The position numbers and the translations under genes are program-made. This document shows, one piece after another, positions 9,785 to 20,724 of a DNA stretch of 64,000 bases (within the stretch, counting starts at the first letter, position 1; the number at the start of each line of letters is the position of its first letter). Source of the stretch: Nematocida ausubeli (Eukaryota); contig NW_026515637.1 in NCBI RefSeq assembly GCF_000738915.1, positions 558,001-622,000 on the forward strand, given 5' to 3'. The notes below the pieces were generated by a model, which saw only the letters and a program-made list of their open reading frames with translations, did not search any database and had not been told where the DNA came from.

Positions 9785-11158
9785 ATGCAGGTATTGAATG
9801 TAGATTCAGATGTTCATTTAGATACATCAGAAATGTCTGCTTTTGATAGGGAGTCAATTGCAGATATTCGCCAGTCTGTGGGGATTATCTATCCATATAA
9901 AAATATACACGCGGTAAATATCAAGGAAGAGTGTATTATAAAGAATTACAGAGGAGTTACACCTAGTAAATTAGATATCGCATGTAGTGAGGTGAAAAGA
10001 CTCTTGAGGAAAAAATACATTGTAAGAACTACTGGAGTTGAGTGCAAGTGGCTGATTCCTGTTGTAATGGTGCTAACAAAAAAAGGAGAGCCATTTCTCA
10101 CGCTTGACTTCAAAAAGTTAAACAAGCAAAGAATTAAATATGAGTATAAAATCCCAAGTCCACAAGAAGTCATTTTAAATCTACCAAATATGAAATACTT
10201 TTCAAAGTTCTCGATAAAGGATGGGTTTTTCAATATCCCGCTTGCAAAAGCATCTCAGAAAAAAACCACATTCATGGTCAATGGCAGTTATTATATGTTC
10301 AAAAGGCTTCCAATCGGATATGGAAACTCCCATGTACTCTTCCAGAAAGCAATGGATTTTATTTTGAAGGAATACCTGCAGGTGTGCTGTATTTCGTATT
10401 TTACAGATATTTTTGTGTATTCTGAAACTCTAAGTGGCCATAGAAAATGTGTGGTTGATGTGCTGTTTGCCTTGAAGGAGTATGGAATAGAGATAATATG
10501 GGAAACAGCAGAGTTTGCTATGCAAACTATTGACTTTCATACTGTGCATGCCAGCTCTGAGCAGGCGTATATGGAGCCTGACAATGAAAGCATAAGCAAA
10601 GTTCTTAACTATGGAAGGCCGGTTAGTAAGTTGGATCTATTACATTTTTTATCATATGCGCACATTAATCGCAAGTTTATTAAAAACATTGCAGAGATTC
10701 TTAAGCCCTTGTACATACTATCCCACTCGCGTATATTTTATTGGAACCCACAGCACACAGCCGCATTTCAAAGTATTAAGAAAGCTCTGTCAAATGCCAC
10801 TAGTATTATGTTTCCCAACTTTAATGACAAGTTTACAGTGGAAACATCTGTCAATACCCATAGCATATGCACAATACTGAAACAAAATGGAGCGATTATT
10901 GAGTATGCATCAACCACGCTGAAGATCAATCACAGAGAGTACACCTTTCCTGAAAAAGCGATGCATGCAATAACATCTGCCTTGGCCAGATGGCACGAGT
11001 ACTTAATGCTAGAGCAATTTACCTTAGTGACAGACTATCCATACATGGATGAGTACGCATCAGCCAGAGCATACACCAGAGATGATTCTTTAATCGCGCA
11101 TTGGTATTCTATTTTGGATAACTATTCATTTGATTATATTTATAGAGGGCGTAAATAG
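9785..11158 (+). CDS. Ty3/gypsy-derived reverse transcriptase-RNase H protein, predicted catalytically inactive, stand-alone
   Basis: RT motifs (LDFKKLN, KTTF...YMFKRLPIGYGNS) and an RNase H-like region (FTVETS...ILKQ, YTFPEK, FTLVTD). YxDD reads YFTD. No gag, protease, integrase or LTRs seen; AATAAA at ~11172. Confidence 0.85.
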   Translation: MQVLNVDSDVHLDTSEMSAFDRESIADIRQSVGIIYPYKNIHAVNIKEECIIKNYRGVTPSKLDIACSEVKRLLRKKYIVRTTGVECKWLIPVVMVLTKKGEPFLTLDFKKLNKQRIKYEYKIPSPQEVILNLPNMKYFSKFSIKDGFFNIPLAKASQKKTTFMVNGSYYMFKRLPIGYGNSHVLFQKAMDFILKEYLQVCCISYFTDIFVYSETLSGHRKCVVDVLFALKEYGIEIIWETAEFAMQTIDFHTVHASSEQAYMEPDNESISKVLNYGRPVSKLDLLHFLSYAHINRKFIKNIAEILKPLYILSHSRIFYWNPQHTAAFQSIKKALSNATSIMFPNFNDKFTVETSVNTHSICTILKQNGAIIEYASTTLKINHREYTFPEKAMHAITSALARWHEYLMLEQFTLVTDYPYMDEYASARAYTRDDSLIAHWYSILDNYSFDYIYRGRK

Positions 11159-11932
11159 CCTCTTTATAAAGAATAAATCGTGATTAGCATGCTCTTTTTA
11201 TTTAGGAAGGCTTTTTGTTAAGTTGGTTATAGGCAGTGTAGACGCATACCTCTAGGGGTGTGCTGATTTCTTGGCTGCGCGAGGCACCCAGAGCCTATTT
11301 TATTTTAATATAAGGAGTTACAATGCATACATGCAATTATGCGTAAGCATCATTCCATGGGCGTGTATGTATATTGCGTAGCTTTAACACACGCAATGTA
11401 TAAATGCAGTACAAGAGAATAGCGCTCAACAGTGCACCAAAGTAGATGATAGGTTATTTAGCGCCAAATATATGCTATATACGAATAGCTTCCAAGCCCT
11501 CCTGCAGTCTTATTCAGTGAATACACCACAGCAATACGAAAATGAATTTTAGAGAAAAAGGCAAGTTTGCATGGTTATGGTGTAATGTGCCCTCAGTTGT
11601 AGCACTCTTATTACATGCTGGCGCAGCGCTACACTTATTTACAAAATTGCATTTTCTTTATTGTTATCAATGGATAATACGCCCGGCCAAAAAGATCTAG
11701 ATTCCAAATATTAAATTCATCTAGGCAGACTGGCAATAGAAAAATATCAAACAAACATATGATATATTAATATAACGCATTCTATATTAAAGATTGAATG
11801 CGCTTTGCACAATAAAATCTATTGACATCCTTCTTGCTGAGTGCACTGAAGCGTTTTAAATACATTATGCTGGATTTATTGTTTACAAAAGTATTTGCAA
11901 AGCATAAATATTCTTTATTATGATAAACAAAA

Positions 11933-13369
11933 ATGGGAAATTCAGAGACATCGAATGACACTGAGGCAGACCGATCATTATTAGGCACTATATCCAAAAA
12001 CTGGAGAAATGCGTTCAAATTAACAGGTAAAGTTCTAAAAGGCGGCTTTGGAGGCGTGTTCAACGGTGTGTGGGGAGCTACTGCATCTAATGATTCTGAA
12101 GATGAGCATATTCAGGTTGAGACCGAGAGTTCTTCAGAAAAAACAAAGGATAGCACGGAAACAAAAACATTCGACCAATGCAAAAAAGCACTTGATGAAA
12201 AATTAAAGGGCTCAACACGCGACATCTTATATCCATTAAGCGAAGACATGAGTATGGGAGAGGGTGCAGAGCTCTTTAGAAGAGTCAGTCTGAAAATGGC
12301 CATGCGAAAGTCAAGCTTAGACTCCAAAACAGGCAGATATAGAGACCTGCACAGAGGATGCATATCCATATACAAAATGATTGGAGCAAACTCAAAAAAA
12401 AGGAAGACTATCTCCAACGCAAAATCATTTATGCAAAACATACAAAATGTAATCAGCCACACAACAGGAATGAAGGACATTTCATACACATCAATTCTTC
12501 TTCTTTTCTATCTAAAAAAGCATAACTGGCCGCTTTCCTCAAATTTTTCGAACTATGAAGTGGAATTCCACAAGAGAATGCCCTCTGCATGCGGAGAGTC
12601 ATTGGATCTCAGTGCTAGTTTAGTGCAGTGCTTCGTGTCCGAGGGAATGAGGACAAATTTCTATGTCAACTTGGCAGCCCGGATAGACCCTTCTTTCAAA
12701 GAGATGTACACAAATATGCATGAAGGATTTAGCCACCTGGCCTTGCAGGCAGACAGATCTTGCAACAGCACAAAGCGCGCAATTGTATTCTTCTATGCCA
12801 TTTTAAAGGAAATTAGGAATAACATAGAAGAACTTCTTTCCACGCTTTTAGATGGGGTGGATCTTACAGAGGAGGAGAAAAACGAGCTTGAAAAAGTTCT
12901 GCCTGAGCAAAGCGACGAGCATATCAAAGAGGCTGCGCAGTACATAAGAAGCATTAGGAGCTTAAAAAACCCTGTACTGGAGGAGGAACAGGCGCGCAAG
13001 GCTAAAGTGTCGGAACCAATTAACTTGGAAAAGAAAAAAGAAGCATCTGCTGCCAAGGAAGTGGACGCAGTTCTAAAAGAACCAATGAATTCTGATACAA
13101 TAACGGCAAAAAAGAATAGAAAAGTGCCTGCTCAATACGAAGATAGCATGTCTCTAATCAGTGACCTGAAAAACAGTGCTATGTATAGAAAGCAAAAGGC
13201 AATTTACATTGAAGCAAATGACTTCTCTGAATCTCCTCTTGAGCCAAATAGCGTACTAGTGCATGAGCCAGCAATGAACCATTCAGTCATGGCGCACATT
13301 CAAACCCAGCACGCGCATGCATTTGATTTGTATAAGTACGCACACTTACACCACAACAAAACAAAATAG
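11933..13369 (+). CDS. Hypothetical protein (478 aa), possible N-myristoylation (MGNSET)
   Basis: Long ORF; no recognised domain. Confidence 0.8.
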   Translation: MGNSETSNDTEADRSLLGTISKNWRNAFKLTGKVLKGGFGGVFNGVWGATASNDSEDEHIQVETESSSEKTKDSTETKTFDQCKKALDEKLKGSTRDILYPLSEDMSMGEGAELFRRVSLKMAMRKSSLDSKTGRYRDLHRGCISIYKMIGANSKKRKTISNAKSFMQNIQNVISHTTGMKDISYTSILLLFYLKKHNWPLSSNFSNYEVEFHKRMPSACGESLDLSASLVQCFVSEGMRTNFYVNLAARIDPSFKEMYTNMHEGFSHLALQADRSCNSTKRAIVFFYAILKEIRNNIEELLSTLLDGVDLTEEEKNELEKVLPEQSDEHIKEAAQYIRSIRSLKNPVLEEEQARKAKVSEPINLEKKKEASAAKEVDAVLKEPMNSDTITAKKNRKVPAQYEDSMSLISDLKNSAMYRKQKAIYIEANDFSESPLEPNSVLVHEPAMNHSVMAHIQTQHAHAFDLYKYAHLHHNKTK

Positions 13370-13875
13370 CTTTATCCGAGTACGAAAATAAAGGTCTATG
13401 CTTCTTATATAGTTTTATACTTAGTTTCTTTATACAGTGCAACAGAGGGAATTGAGACCCCAGTGCCCTCTCTGAAAGTTTCATCTATCTATCAGAGCAA
13501 AGTGCGACTTGAAAGCAGCGAATTAAATAAGAAGAAGTTGTTTCACTTAAGAGTGCGGCAGCTGCGGTCTAGAAGTAATAAGAAAGCCACAGCCATGCAC
13601 ATTCAATGCCTTCTCATGCTGATAGAGCTTAAGTCATATTAATGGCTCATAAATACGCCAGCTTAGTTATTTGGTTTAATTTACTATACGTGTATTTATA
13701 GAATAAAAGTATTTTTCAAATATATAGCTTTAAAAAGCTGTTCTTGACATTATTTTAAGCTTTAGCTACCGCTGAGCCGCTGTGAGTAGTCTAAACTATT
13801 TTTTGTACCAATTGTTTATTTTTCTGTTGCAGATATATTAAATAGGGGAAGTAAAAAAATTGTAATTTGTAAAAA

Positions 13876-14994
13876 ATGGAAGCATCACAAAACGAAGAAA
13901 GGCAAGTAATATGGTTAAATCTGGATCAGATGGCAGTGGATATTAAGAGCTCGCTTAAAAAACCCAATAAAAAACACGAGATGAGTTATACCGGCACTGT
14001 GATTGCTAAATTTTATAACAGTCTTCTTGGGGCGCTGGTTGTTAACGGTAACGAAACAGAAACAGAAAACAATACAGTTTATAGGGTAGAAGGTCCAATC
14101 AAGCAGCTATTTGGTAAAATTTTACTTAGAAATAACCAAGAAGCGCTAAAAAAAGTGGAAAAAGTACTAGCCAATATTGATACCCCTAAAATAACTAAAG
14201 ATACAATCAAAAAAGAGGCAGACCAACTGTGGATAAATTGGAAGAGTAAAGTGTGCGCGGCTATAGGCGAAGCACTTGAAAATGAGGTTAAAGAGCTAAA
14301 CAGTGTTATAAATATTGGGCTTCCAGATAGAAATACACTTGAAGAGGAGGCCAAATATATAAAGAGCATTGAGAATTGCGCAAGAATTATATCGTATAAT
14401 AGCGGTCCAGGCCAGACAGACATTATGAAAATATTTAGGCAGGAGGATTTGCGAAATATATTTCCAGAGCTAGACACAAAAAATGAGGGCAAGGCTATAG
14501 ATGCTGCCCAAAAGAAAGAAGCTTTAGAGGCGCTAAGAGAAAAGGTCAGCAAACAAGGCTTTTTTATGGCGATTTTAAACCATGAAATACTTTCAGAGGT
14601 ATTATACAACACTTTGGGAAAGAACTACAGTGGAGAGCATAGCTCTAGTAGACGGGATAAGGTAATTGCGTACATGAAGAGCATAAATACTATTATAAAC
14701 AGCTCAGAAACAGATGAATCAATAGAAAACTACGTTAACACAAACTTTGTGCGCCATAAGCACGGAAGTTACATTAGCAGAATAAGTGCGGCCATTTCGA
14801 CACCATTTGAGTTTTTGAGTGAGAACATGTATGGCACAGAAAGCACAACTGGTGTTACAGGCGGCAGCTCAAAAAAATCAAAATATCTAAGAATTGCTAT
14901 TGGTATTTTGTTTCTAATATGGATTAACTTTGTTTGGATAGGTATATTTAAAATATATTTTAAACAGACAGAAATCCACAGAATGCGAGTTTAG
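13876..14994 (+). CDS. Hypothetical protein with C-terminal transmembrane anchor
   Basis: Long ORF; basic KKSK followed by hydrophobic IAIGILFLIWINFVWIGIF near the C-terminus. Confidence 0.8.
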   Translation: MEASQNEERQVIWLNLDQMAVDIKSSLKKPNKKHEMSYTGTVIAKFYNSLLGALVVNGNETETENNTVYRVEGPIKQLFGKILLRNNQEALKKVEKVLANIDTPKITKDTIKKEADQLWINWKSKVCAAIGEALENEVKELNSVINIGLPDRNTLEEEAKYIKSIENCARIISYNSGPGQTDIMKIFRQEDLRNIFPELDTKNEGKAIDAAQKKEALEALREKVSKQGFFMAILNHEILSEVLYNTLGKNYSGEHSSSRRDKVIAYMKSINTIINSSETDESIENYVNTNFVRHKHGSYISRISAAISTPFEFLSENMYGTESTTGVTGGSSKKSKYLRIAIGILFLIWINFVWIGIFKIYFKQTEIHRMRV

Positions 14995-15540
14995 GCAAAG
15001 AAGTGAAAAATAACACGCTTTATATCATGCAGCTCAAGTCAAGTGGCACCATGTAAATTCATACTGGTACTACAACAGGCATAGATGTATATATTAAAAG
15101 CGCATATTAAGGCCACCAATCGTCTGAAGGAAAAGAGGCCAATAAAAAAACATCTCAGCACATCTGGTGTGGGGCTGCAAAGAATGCACTATGCCCTCTG
15201 GATATAACTCGAATAAAGATAACTATTTAGAGCGAAGAGTGTTTATTGGCCTCTTGCATATTCCATTCATTGCTGTTTATGTTAGCGCATTTGGAATATT
15301 TTGGCATCTTTCTCTTCTTAGAGTTGCATATTGTTGTCTTTGTGCTATGGTTACTGAAGTCTGGAAACCCTGTTGCGATCATTTTATTTTGAATGTCTTT
15401 ATTGGTGCAAGAAGTTTCCAAAAAGTGTTAATTTCGGTGTATTAATAATATACAGCAGGTAGTACACAAGAGCAAACAAAGAACTTGGAAAGCACAGTCC
15501 CAATGAAGAAATAAATACTTTTTATTCCACGTCACTTTTC

Positions 15541-16437
15541 CTAAGAGGGCTTGTTCTGCAGACCTTTGAATAAGATTAGCGCCTCAAGCGCAGTTATCCT
15601 TTTAGAGGGCTCGTATGCAAGCATTTTTCTAAGTATCGAGAAGCAATCATCAAGATCATTTCTTTCTGTATTTTTAATAACATTCGCAAGGCCATTTTGC
15701 AGAATAAAATATTTGATCACTTCTAAGCACTCTTCTGAGTTTCTGCCTGGAAACAGCGCATGGTGTGTTAGCAGTTCAAACAAAACACACCCTGCGCCCC
15801 ACACATCTATGCTCAGATCGTACGAAAGCCCCATGTGGATCTCAGGTGCTCTGTAGTATCGCGAGCATATATAGAGAATGTTACTGGCGGATCCAACTAT
15901 CTTCTTGGCGCTTCCTAGGTCGCATATTTTTAATATCTGCGCGTCAGTGTCTATCAATATATTAGATGGTTTAATATCCCGGTGTGCTATGCCAAGGCCA
16001 TGCATATATGACAGCCCCTCCATCAGCATGATAGCATACATGATAAACTCGTCTCTGCTAAAAAAACGACGGTCTTTGATACACAAAAAAGCATCGCTCT
16101 TTATGTAGTCCGTGACTAGGTTTAAAACAACTCCTTTCTCGTTTCTCTCTCCATAAAAGTACCAAAAAAGGCGGATTATGTTTGGGTGGGAAAGAGAGCA
16201 CAGAATATCTAGCTCTCTGTTTAAGTATTCTCTCTTCTCAAAGACTCTCTTGAGAGCATAGCTGACAGACTCATTGACTAGTATTCTATAGACCATGCCA
16301 AAGGTGCCACTTCCTATTTTTTGGTGCGCATAGTACTTTATCTGGCATGTTTGCCCTGTGGCAGCGCAAGTCATGCTTTCTTCCAGTTCCTTATTGTCTT
16401 CTTCTCCTATGTTGCTTAGCATATAACTCGAATCCAT
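15541..16437 (-). CDS. GSK3-family (CMGC) Ser/Thr protein kinase
   Basis: IGSGTFG, ALKRV, NRELDIL, HRDIKPSN, CDLGSAK, and YICSRYYRAPE (GSK3 signature). Confidence 0.9.
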   Translation of the reverse strand: MDSSYMLSNIGEEDNKELEESMTCAATGQTCQIKYYAHQKIGSGTFGMVYRILVNESVSYALKRVFEKREYLNRELDILCSLSHPNIIRLFWYFYGERNEKGVVLNLVTDYIKSDAFLCIKDRRFFSRDEFIMYAIMLMEGLSYMHGLGIAHRDIKPSNILIDTDAQILKICDLGSAKKIVGSASNILYICSRYYRAPEIHMGLSYDLSIDVWGAGCVLFELLTHHALFPGRNSEECLEVIKYFILQNGLANVIKNTERNDLDDCFSILRKMLAYEPSKRITALEALILFKGLQNKPS

Positions 16438-16499
16438 CTAGATACAAATAATTGGCAAACATTCCCCTGTTTATTTTTTAAAATAGATTGGCCCCTGGC

Positions 16500-18041
16500 A
16501 TGCAAAGAGAGGAGACTTGGGAGACCGTGCAGACAAAAACATTTGTAAATTGGATAAATTCTAAACTCGAAAAGGGAGAGGCGCGCTACAAGGAGGAATC
16601 TGTCCTGGTGCCATTCTCGTTTAAAAAGGTCGTGGATCTGAAGAAAGATCTTCAGGATGGAATAGTTCTTCATTCTTTATTATATTCAGCCACAGGATCA
16701 ATATTGCGATTTAATGCGAAGCCAATATTAGTAGTACACAAGAGAGAAAATATTGAGAGAATTATTGACTATCTGAAGCAAAACAAGGTTGAGATGATAA
16801 ATATTGGAGCTGCTGATATCCAGGAAGGAAGCATCAAGCTCACGCTTGCTTTAATATGGAGATTTATCATGGCATTTTCTTTGCAGGAGGTAAGAGAAAG
16901 TGGAGAAAGCATACAGGAAAGAATTCTTAAGTGGTGCCAGAAAAAAACTGCAAAGTACGGGGTGTCAGTTAAGGACTTTGGAAAGAGCTGGCACGATGGA
17001 AAGGTACTCTCTGCTCTGGTGCACTCAGATGTAGGCGGGTTTATATTTGACGATGGAACCTCGCAGGAAATATCGCAGAGAGCCCTTGACCTTGCAACTG
17101 AGTACCTAGAGGTGCCTTCTTTAATAAGCGCAGAGGATCTGACAACTGGAGTGTGCGACGAGAAGTCCATGCTGACATACTTAATAGAGTACTACACAGC
17201 CTCTATCAAGAATAGCGGAAAGATCAAACGGAAGGTTGCAGAAAAAGCAGCTCTACACGCTTCGCAGAGTGTTATTCACACAAAAGAGCAGATTGACCAG
17301 GTATTTGAGATGCTTGAGAAGGAAATTCCAGACTTGGAGCGGGCAAAGAAGGAAGTGGATGCCGTGTATACCCGCGTAAGAGCTGCAGAGCAGAAGGCCA
17401 TACGCTATGCTATTGCATATATTATACAGTGTGATGTGCTGAACCGAATGCAGAGTCCATACTCTCCAATGAGTATAAAGCTGCCAGCCTCTTTCAAGGC
17501 TCTGCCTGCAGTGGGCATATCTGACTGCGTGTCTTTCCTTGACACTCTCCATGGATGGAACATCAGCCAAGGCAAAAAGAGCGATAGCGAGATTGCCAAG
17601 ACGTTTTATAGCGTGCTTGGTGATCTGATGAGCCTTTCTAAGTGCGTTACCTTCCTGGGCGCGTTAGAGTTTCTTAGTGCAGTGAGCGCCCGGATTGAAG
17701 GAGTGCTTCTTCCAAAACACAAGCTTTCTGTGGAGGATCTCTCTTTTTCTGCAATTGAGACCAGCCGTATTATGAAGGAAAGGCTTGGGTGGGTGCTACT
17801 TGAGGTGAAGGATGGCGTGAGAAGATTTAATGAGTCCTTTTCCGAGGAAATATCGCGGGAAAAAACATATGTATGCACGCCACTTTCCATTGAAATGCAG
17901 TCCATTTCCCTTCCCTGCCCGCACAAAGACGAGTGGGCGCTTATTGGAGGGCGTGATGCATATCTGCGCATAGTGTCAGAAGGGCTCTCTATGATGGGCG
18001 CGAAGGAGTTTACTGCAATTGCTCCGGAGTCTGAAAAATAA
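16500..18041 (+). CDS. Alpha-actinin/spectrin-like protein with tandem calponin-homology actin-binding domain
   Basis: VQTKTFVNWIN, DLQDGIVL, INIGAADIQEG..KLTLALIW (CH1); KWCQ...VKDFGKSWHDG...DEKSMLTYL (CH2). Confidence 0.85.
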   Translation: MQREETWETVQTKTFVNWINSKLEKGEARYKEESVLVPFSFKKVVDLKKDLQDGIVLHSLLYSATGSILRFNAKPILVVHKRENIERIIDYLKQNKVEMINIGAADIQEGSIKLTLALIWRFIMAFSLQEVRESGESIQERILKWCQKKTAKYGVSVKDFGKSWHDGKVLSALVHSDVGGFIFDDGTSQEISQRALDLATEYLEVPSLISAEDLTTGVCDEKSMLTYLIEYYTASIKNSGKIKRKVAEKAALHASQSVIHTKEQIDQVFEMLEKEIPDLERAKKEVDAVYTRVRAAEQKAIRYAIAYIIQCDVLNRMQSPYSPMSIKLPASFKALPAVGISDCVSFLDTLHGWNISQGKKSDSEIAKTFYSVLGDLMSLSKCVTFLGALEFLSAVSARIEGVLLPKHKLSVEDLSFSAIETSRIMKERLGWVLLEVKDGVRRFNESFSEEISREKTYVCTPLSIEMQSISLPCPHKDEWALIGGRDAYLRIVSEGLSMMGAKEFTAIAPESEK

Positions 18042-18066
18042 AGGACATTATTTTCTTTTGTTTGTT

Positions 18067-19107
18067 ATGGGGCACTCAGTCTGGTATTTAGAGAATAGAG
18101 ACATGTGCCAATTTATTCCAAAGTATATTGTAAAGATTGAAAAACAGCCCGCTCTTGTAGAGTCCATAACTGAAGTAGATTTTGACGTATCTGCAGGACC
18201 ATCAATTCTGAATGGCCAAGAAAAGCTAACAGCGCTAGAGGAAAGTATGTTTGCCTTCTCTGCTCTTCCAGATATTCGGTCTAAAGAAATGCACAAAGAG
18301 TCCTTTGTCTTTAACCTTGAGAACAAGATGTATCATGTGTCGTTTATTCAGGAGGAAGACCCAAGTAAAGTGCGCGGGTGCACGCAAAAAAGCATTGCAA
18401 TTCAGTGCTGCCGGTATCTTCCTGTGCTGCCGCTGATCATGTCCCAGAAGCTGTGCTCTTCTAAGATGTACACACCAGAAATAGCTCTGGAAGCGCTAAA
18501 AACCCTAGAGCTTCCTTCAAATAAAGAGGCGCTGCGCATCCTGCATGAGCACATTCCACCGCATGTGCATGCTCTCCTGGAAAAGCACAAAAACACTATT
18601 ATAGAGAACCTTATGCGGTGCAAGAGCTTCTTGGTGATAGGCCCCACGCCTACTGCGGTGTCCTTAACTGTAAGCTATCTTTCTATGTTCTGTGGCACCC
18701 GATATGGTGGAAAGGTGCTTCCATACAGATCCTCCTTTGTAAATAGCCCCTTGCCGCCAAGCTCAATTTTAGGGGTAACAAATGAGCACTTTTATAAGCA
18801 AGCCAGGTTTGACAACATAATTAATACAACAGAGGGCGGATATTATTATAAAGAGAAAAAATGCACAGAGGACTTGGAAAGGCTATTTGGCGAAATGGAG
18901 GAGTTCTTCTTGGATAGTCCAGAAAGCTTCCACGTAGAGAGGTGGCTTTGTCGCATGTCTGACTTTGGGGCAAGCATACGAGCAAGAAGAATCTTCAGAG
19001 AGTTTTTTAACAGCGCAAATTTTGTAGAATGGCTGTCATCGCACGGGTATCAAGAGGTACTGGGGGGAAATAAAGAGAAACCTCTTTCTCAAATGGATCT
19101 TAACTAA
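18067..19107 (+). CDS. DENN-domain protein (DENND6/Avl9-like, putative Rab GEF)
   Basis: VDFDVSAGPSI, FSALPD, VRGCTQKSIAI, LVIGPTPTAVS, ILGVTN. ATG at 18067 assumed as start. Confidence 0.7.
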   Translation: MGHSVWYLENRDMCQFIPKYIVKIEKQPALVESITEVDFDVSAGPSILNGQEKLTALEESMFAFSALPDIRSKEMHKESFVFNLENKMYHVSFIQEEDPSKVRGCTQKSIAIQCCRYLPVLPLIMSQKLCSSKMYTPEIALEALKTLELPSNKEALRILHEHIPPHVHALLEKHKNTIIENLMRCKSFLVIGPTPTAVSLTVSYLSMFCGTRYGGKVLPYRSSFVNSPLPPSSILGVTNEHFYKQARFDNIINTTEGGYYYKEKKCTEDLERLFGEMEEFFLDSPESFHVERWLCRMSDFGASIRARRIFREFFNSANFVEWLSSHGYQEVLGGNKEKPLSQMDLN

Positions 19108-20724
19108 CAGTTTAAGCAGAGCAGTCATACAACTTCAATAGCCTGAAATTAAAAAGAAATGATTTAGGCACTAAATATACTTTAAAAGAAGCTCCAATAA
19201 AGGCTATGCAAGATCTATACATTACTGCGGATAAACCTTTTTACTTTCTTGGAATGCCTGCATAGCTGTAATTTTTCTAAAATATTCTTTTTGTACAGGT
19301 ATCGCCCTCTTAGACTAAATAAGTTATGTGTTTGGCAGCATCATGTACTGCAGAGCCATGTAACTAAGGTTTATTCTATAGAGATGTATAGCATAGACTT
19401 CTTAACTATAGCTATTTGAACTTATGATTCTTTTTATTTAAAATGCCAATGTACTTTTGGCTCTGTAATGCCTGCTTCTTATTGCTATTTAACTGACAAT
19501 GCAATCAATAGGAACATAGCTCTACTTAATGCACTGTTTTCCAGCCATATATCAGAGCATTTATCAGCATGTACTTTAGAATGCAGCTGCATAGAAATAA
19601 CTTAATTTTAAAGTGCAGCGCATCGCATTCGAAACAGCGACACACTCAATGCGCAGTAGTGGGAGTATATAGCTGCGTGCAGAGCCCTCACTAAAGGGAA
19701 GAGCACTTGCATATTTATGTCTTTTTCTTAGCACATGCTGTATATAGTCTCTTTTCATTCTATTTTGTTTGCGCTTAAATTGGAGGGTAAAGTGTAACGT
19801 ATTGCTATCCATTTATTTAAAGAATCCATTATCTTCCATTGAAGCGCAAGTAAAGAATCATTGTACTACAAGCATACTATTTATTCATGGTATTTTAATT
19901 TAGTACGTAAAAAGTGTCTTCTTTTTGTGTTGTAATGCTGCTTGTTTCCTGGAATAAGTCTTTTCCATGCTGGCACTGGCTTGTTTACTCTGTTTGCTTT
20001 GATTAGTCTTCTTTTTAAAAGTGCTCCTTTGTTGGCGGTCATGTCTGGGGCTATAAAAATTAAAATAATTTGAACTTTTCAGTTAACTCCCAAGACGCAG
20101 AAATATTCAAAAAGATGCAGAAGTAAATACTCTTTTGCATAAAACAGGAAGATACGCCTACTGCTTTTTTACAGAGGAGTATGCACAGCCTCATTTGATT
20201 TCTAAACACCTCCTGCACATTCACTTGCGTATACTCAAATGGACTAGTCCATGAAGTTTTCTTGACTGCAAACTGTATGTGGCTGCTTTATAAATTGGAT
20301 AATCACTGCCCCAGTTCTGAAGAATACTAATGGCTCTTTAATTATTATTTTTATTAAGCATTACCGTACAGCAGGCAAGAGATGCAAAATTGCTCATGAA
20401 GACGCAACTCTTGTATTAGAAGGCATGATTAGTATTGCAGCTAATTATAAGTCTATTATTTTAGCTAGAAATATAGCATGCATTGTATGCGCGTTTATTT
20501 ATACTATTGGCAACTTAAATCTCATTATTTCAGCACACTTATTAAACCCCTCAATAAAATATTTTAAGACGCAAAGCGCACTTCTTAACTGCTTTACTCT
20601 TAAGCAAAACATCTGCACCTCTTACATACTATTGAATCATTCTTAAATATTAACTGTATTTATTTTCTTTTCTCTATTCGCAATTATAGTCTATTCATAG
20701 TGTATCAAAGATGCTCCTGGTGCT

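Noticed and set aside
9300..11800. Complete or active LTR retrotransposon around the RT ORF
   Set aside because: No LTR pair, primer-binding site, gag, protease or integrase seen; catalytic residues are substituted.
19110..20720. Long AT-rich intergenic stretches (also 25.9-27.1 kb and 39.3-41.0 kb)
   Set aside because: No credible ORF, repeat or structure detected by eye.
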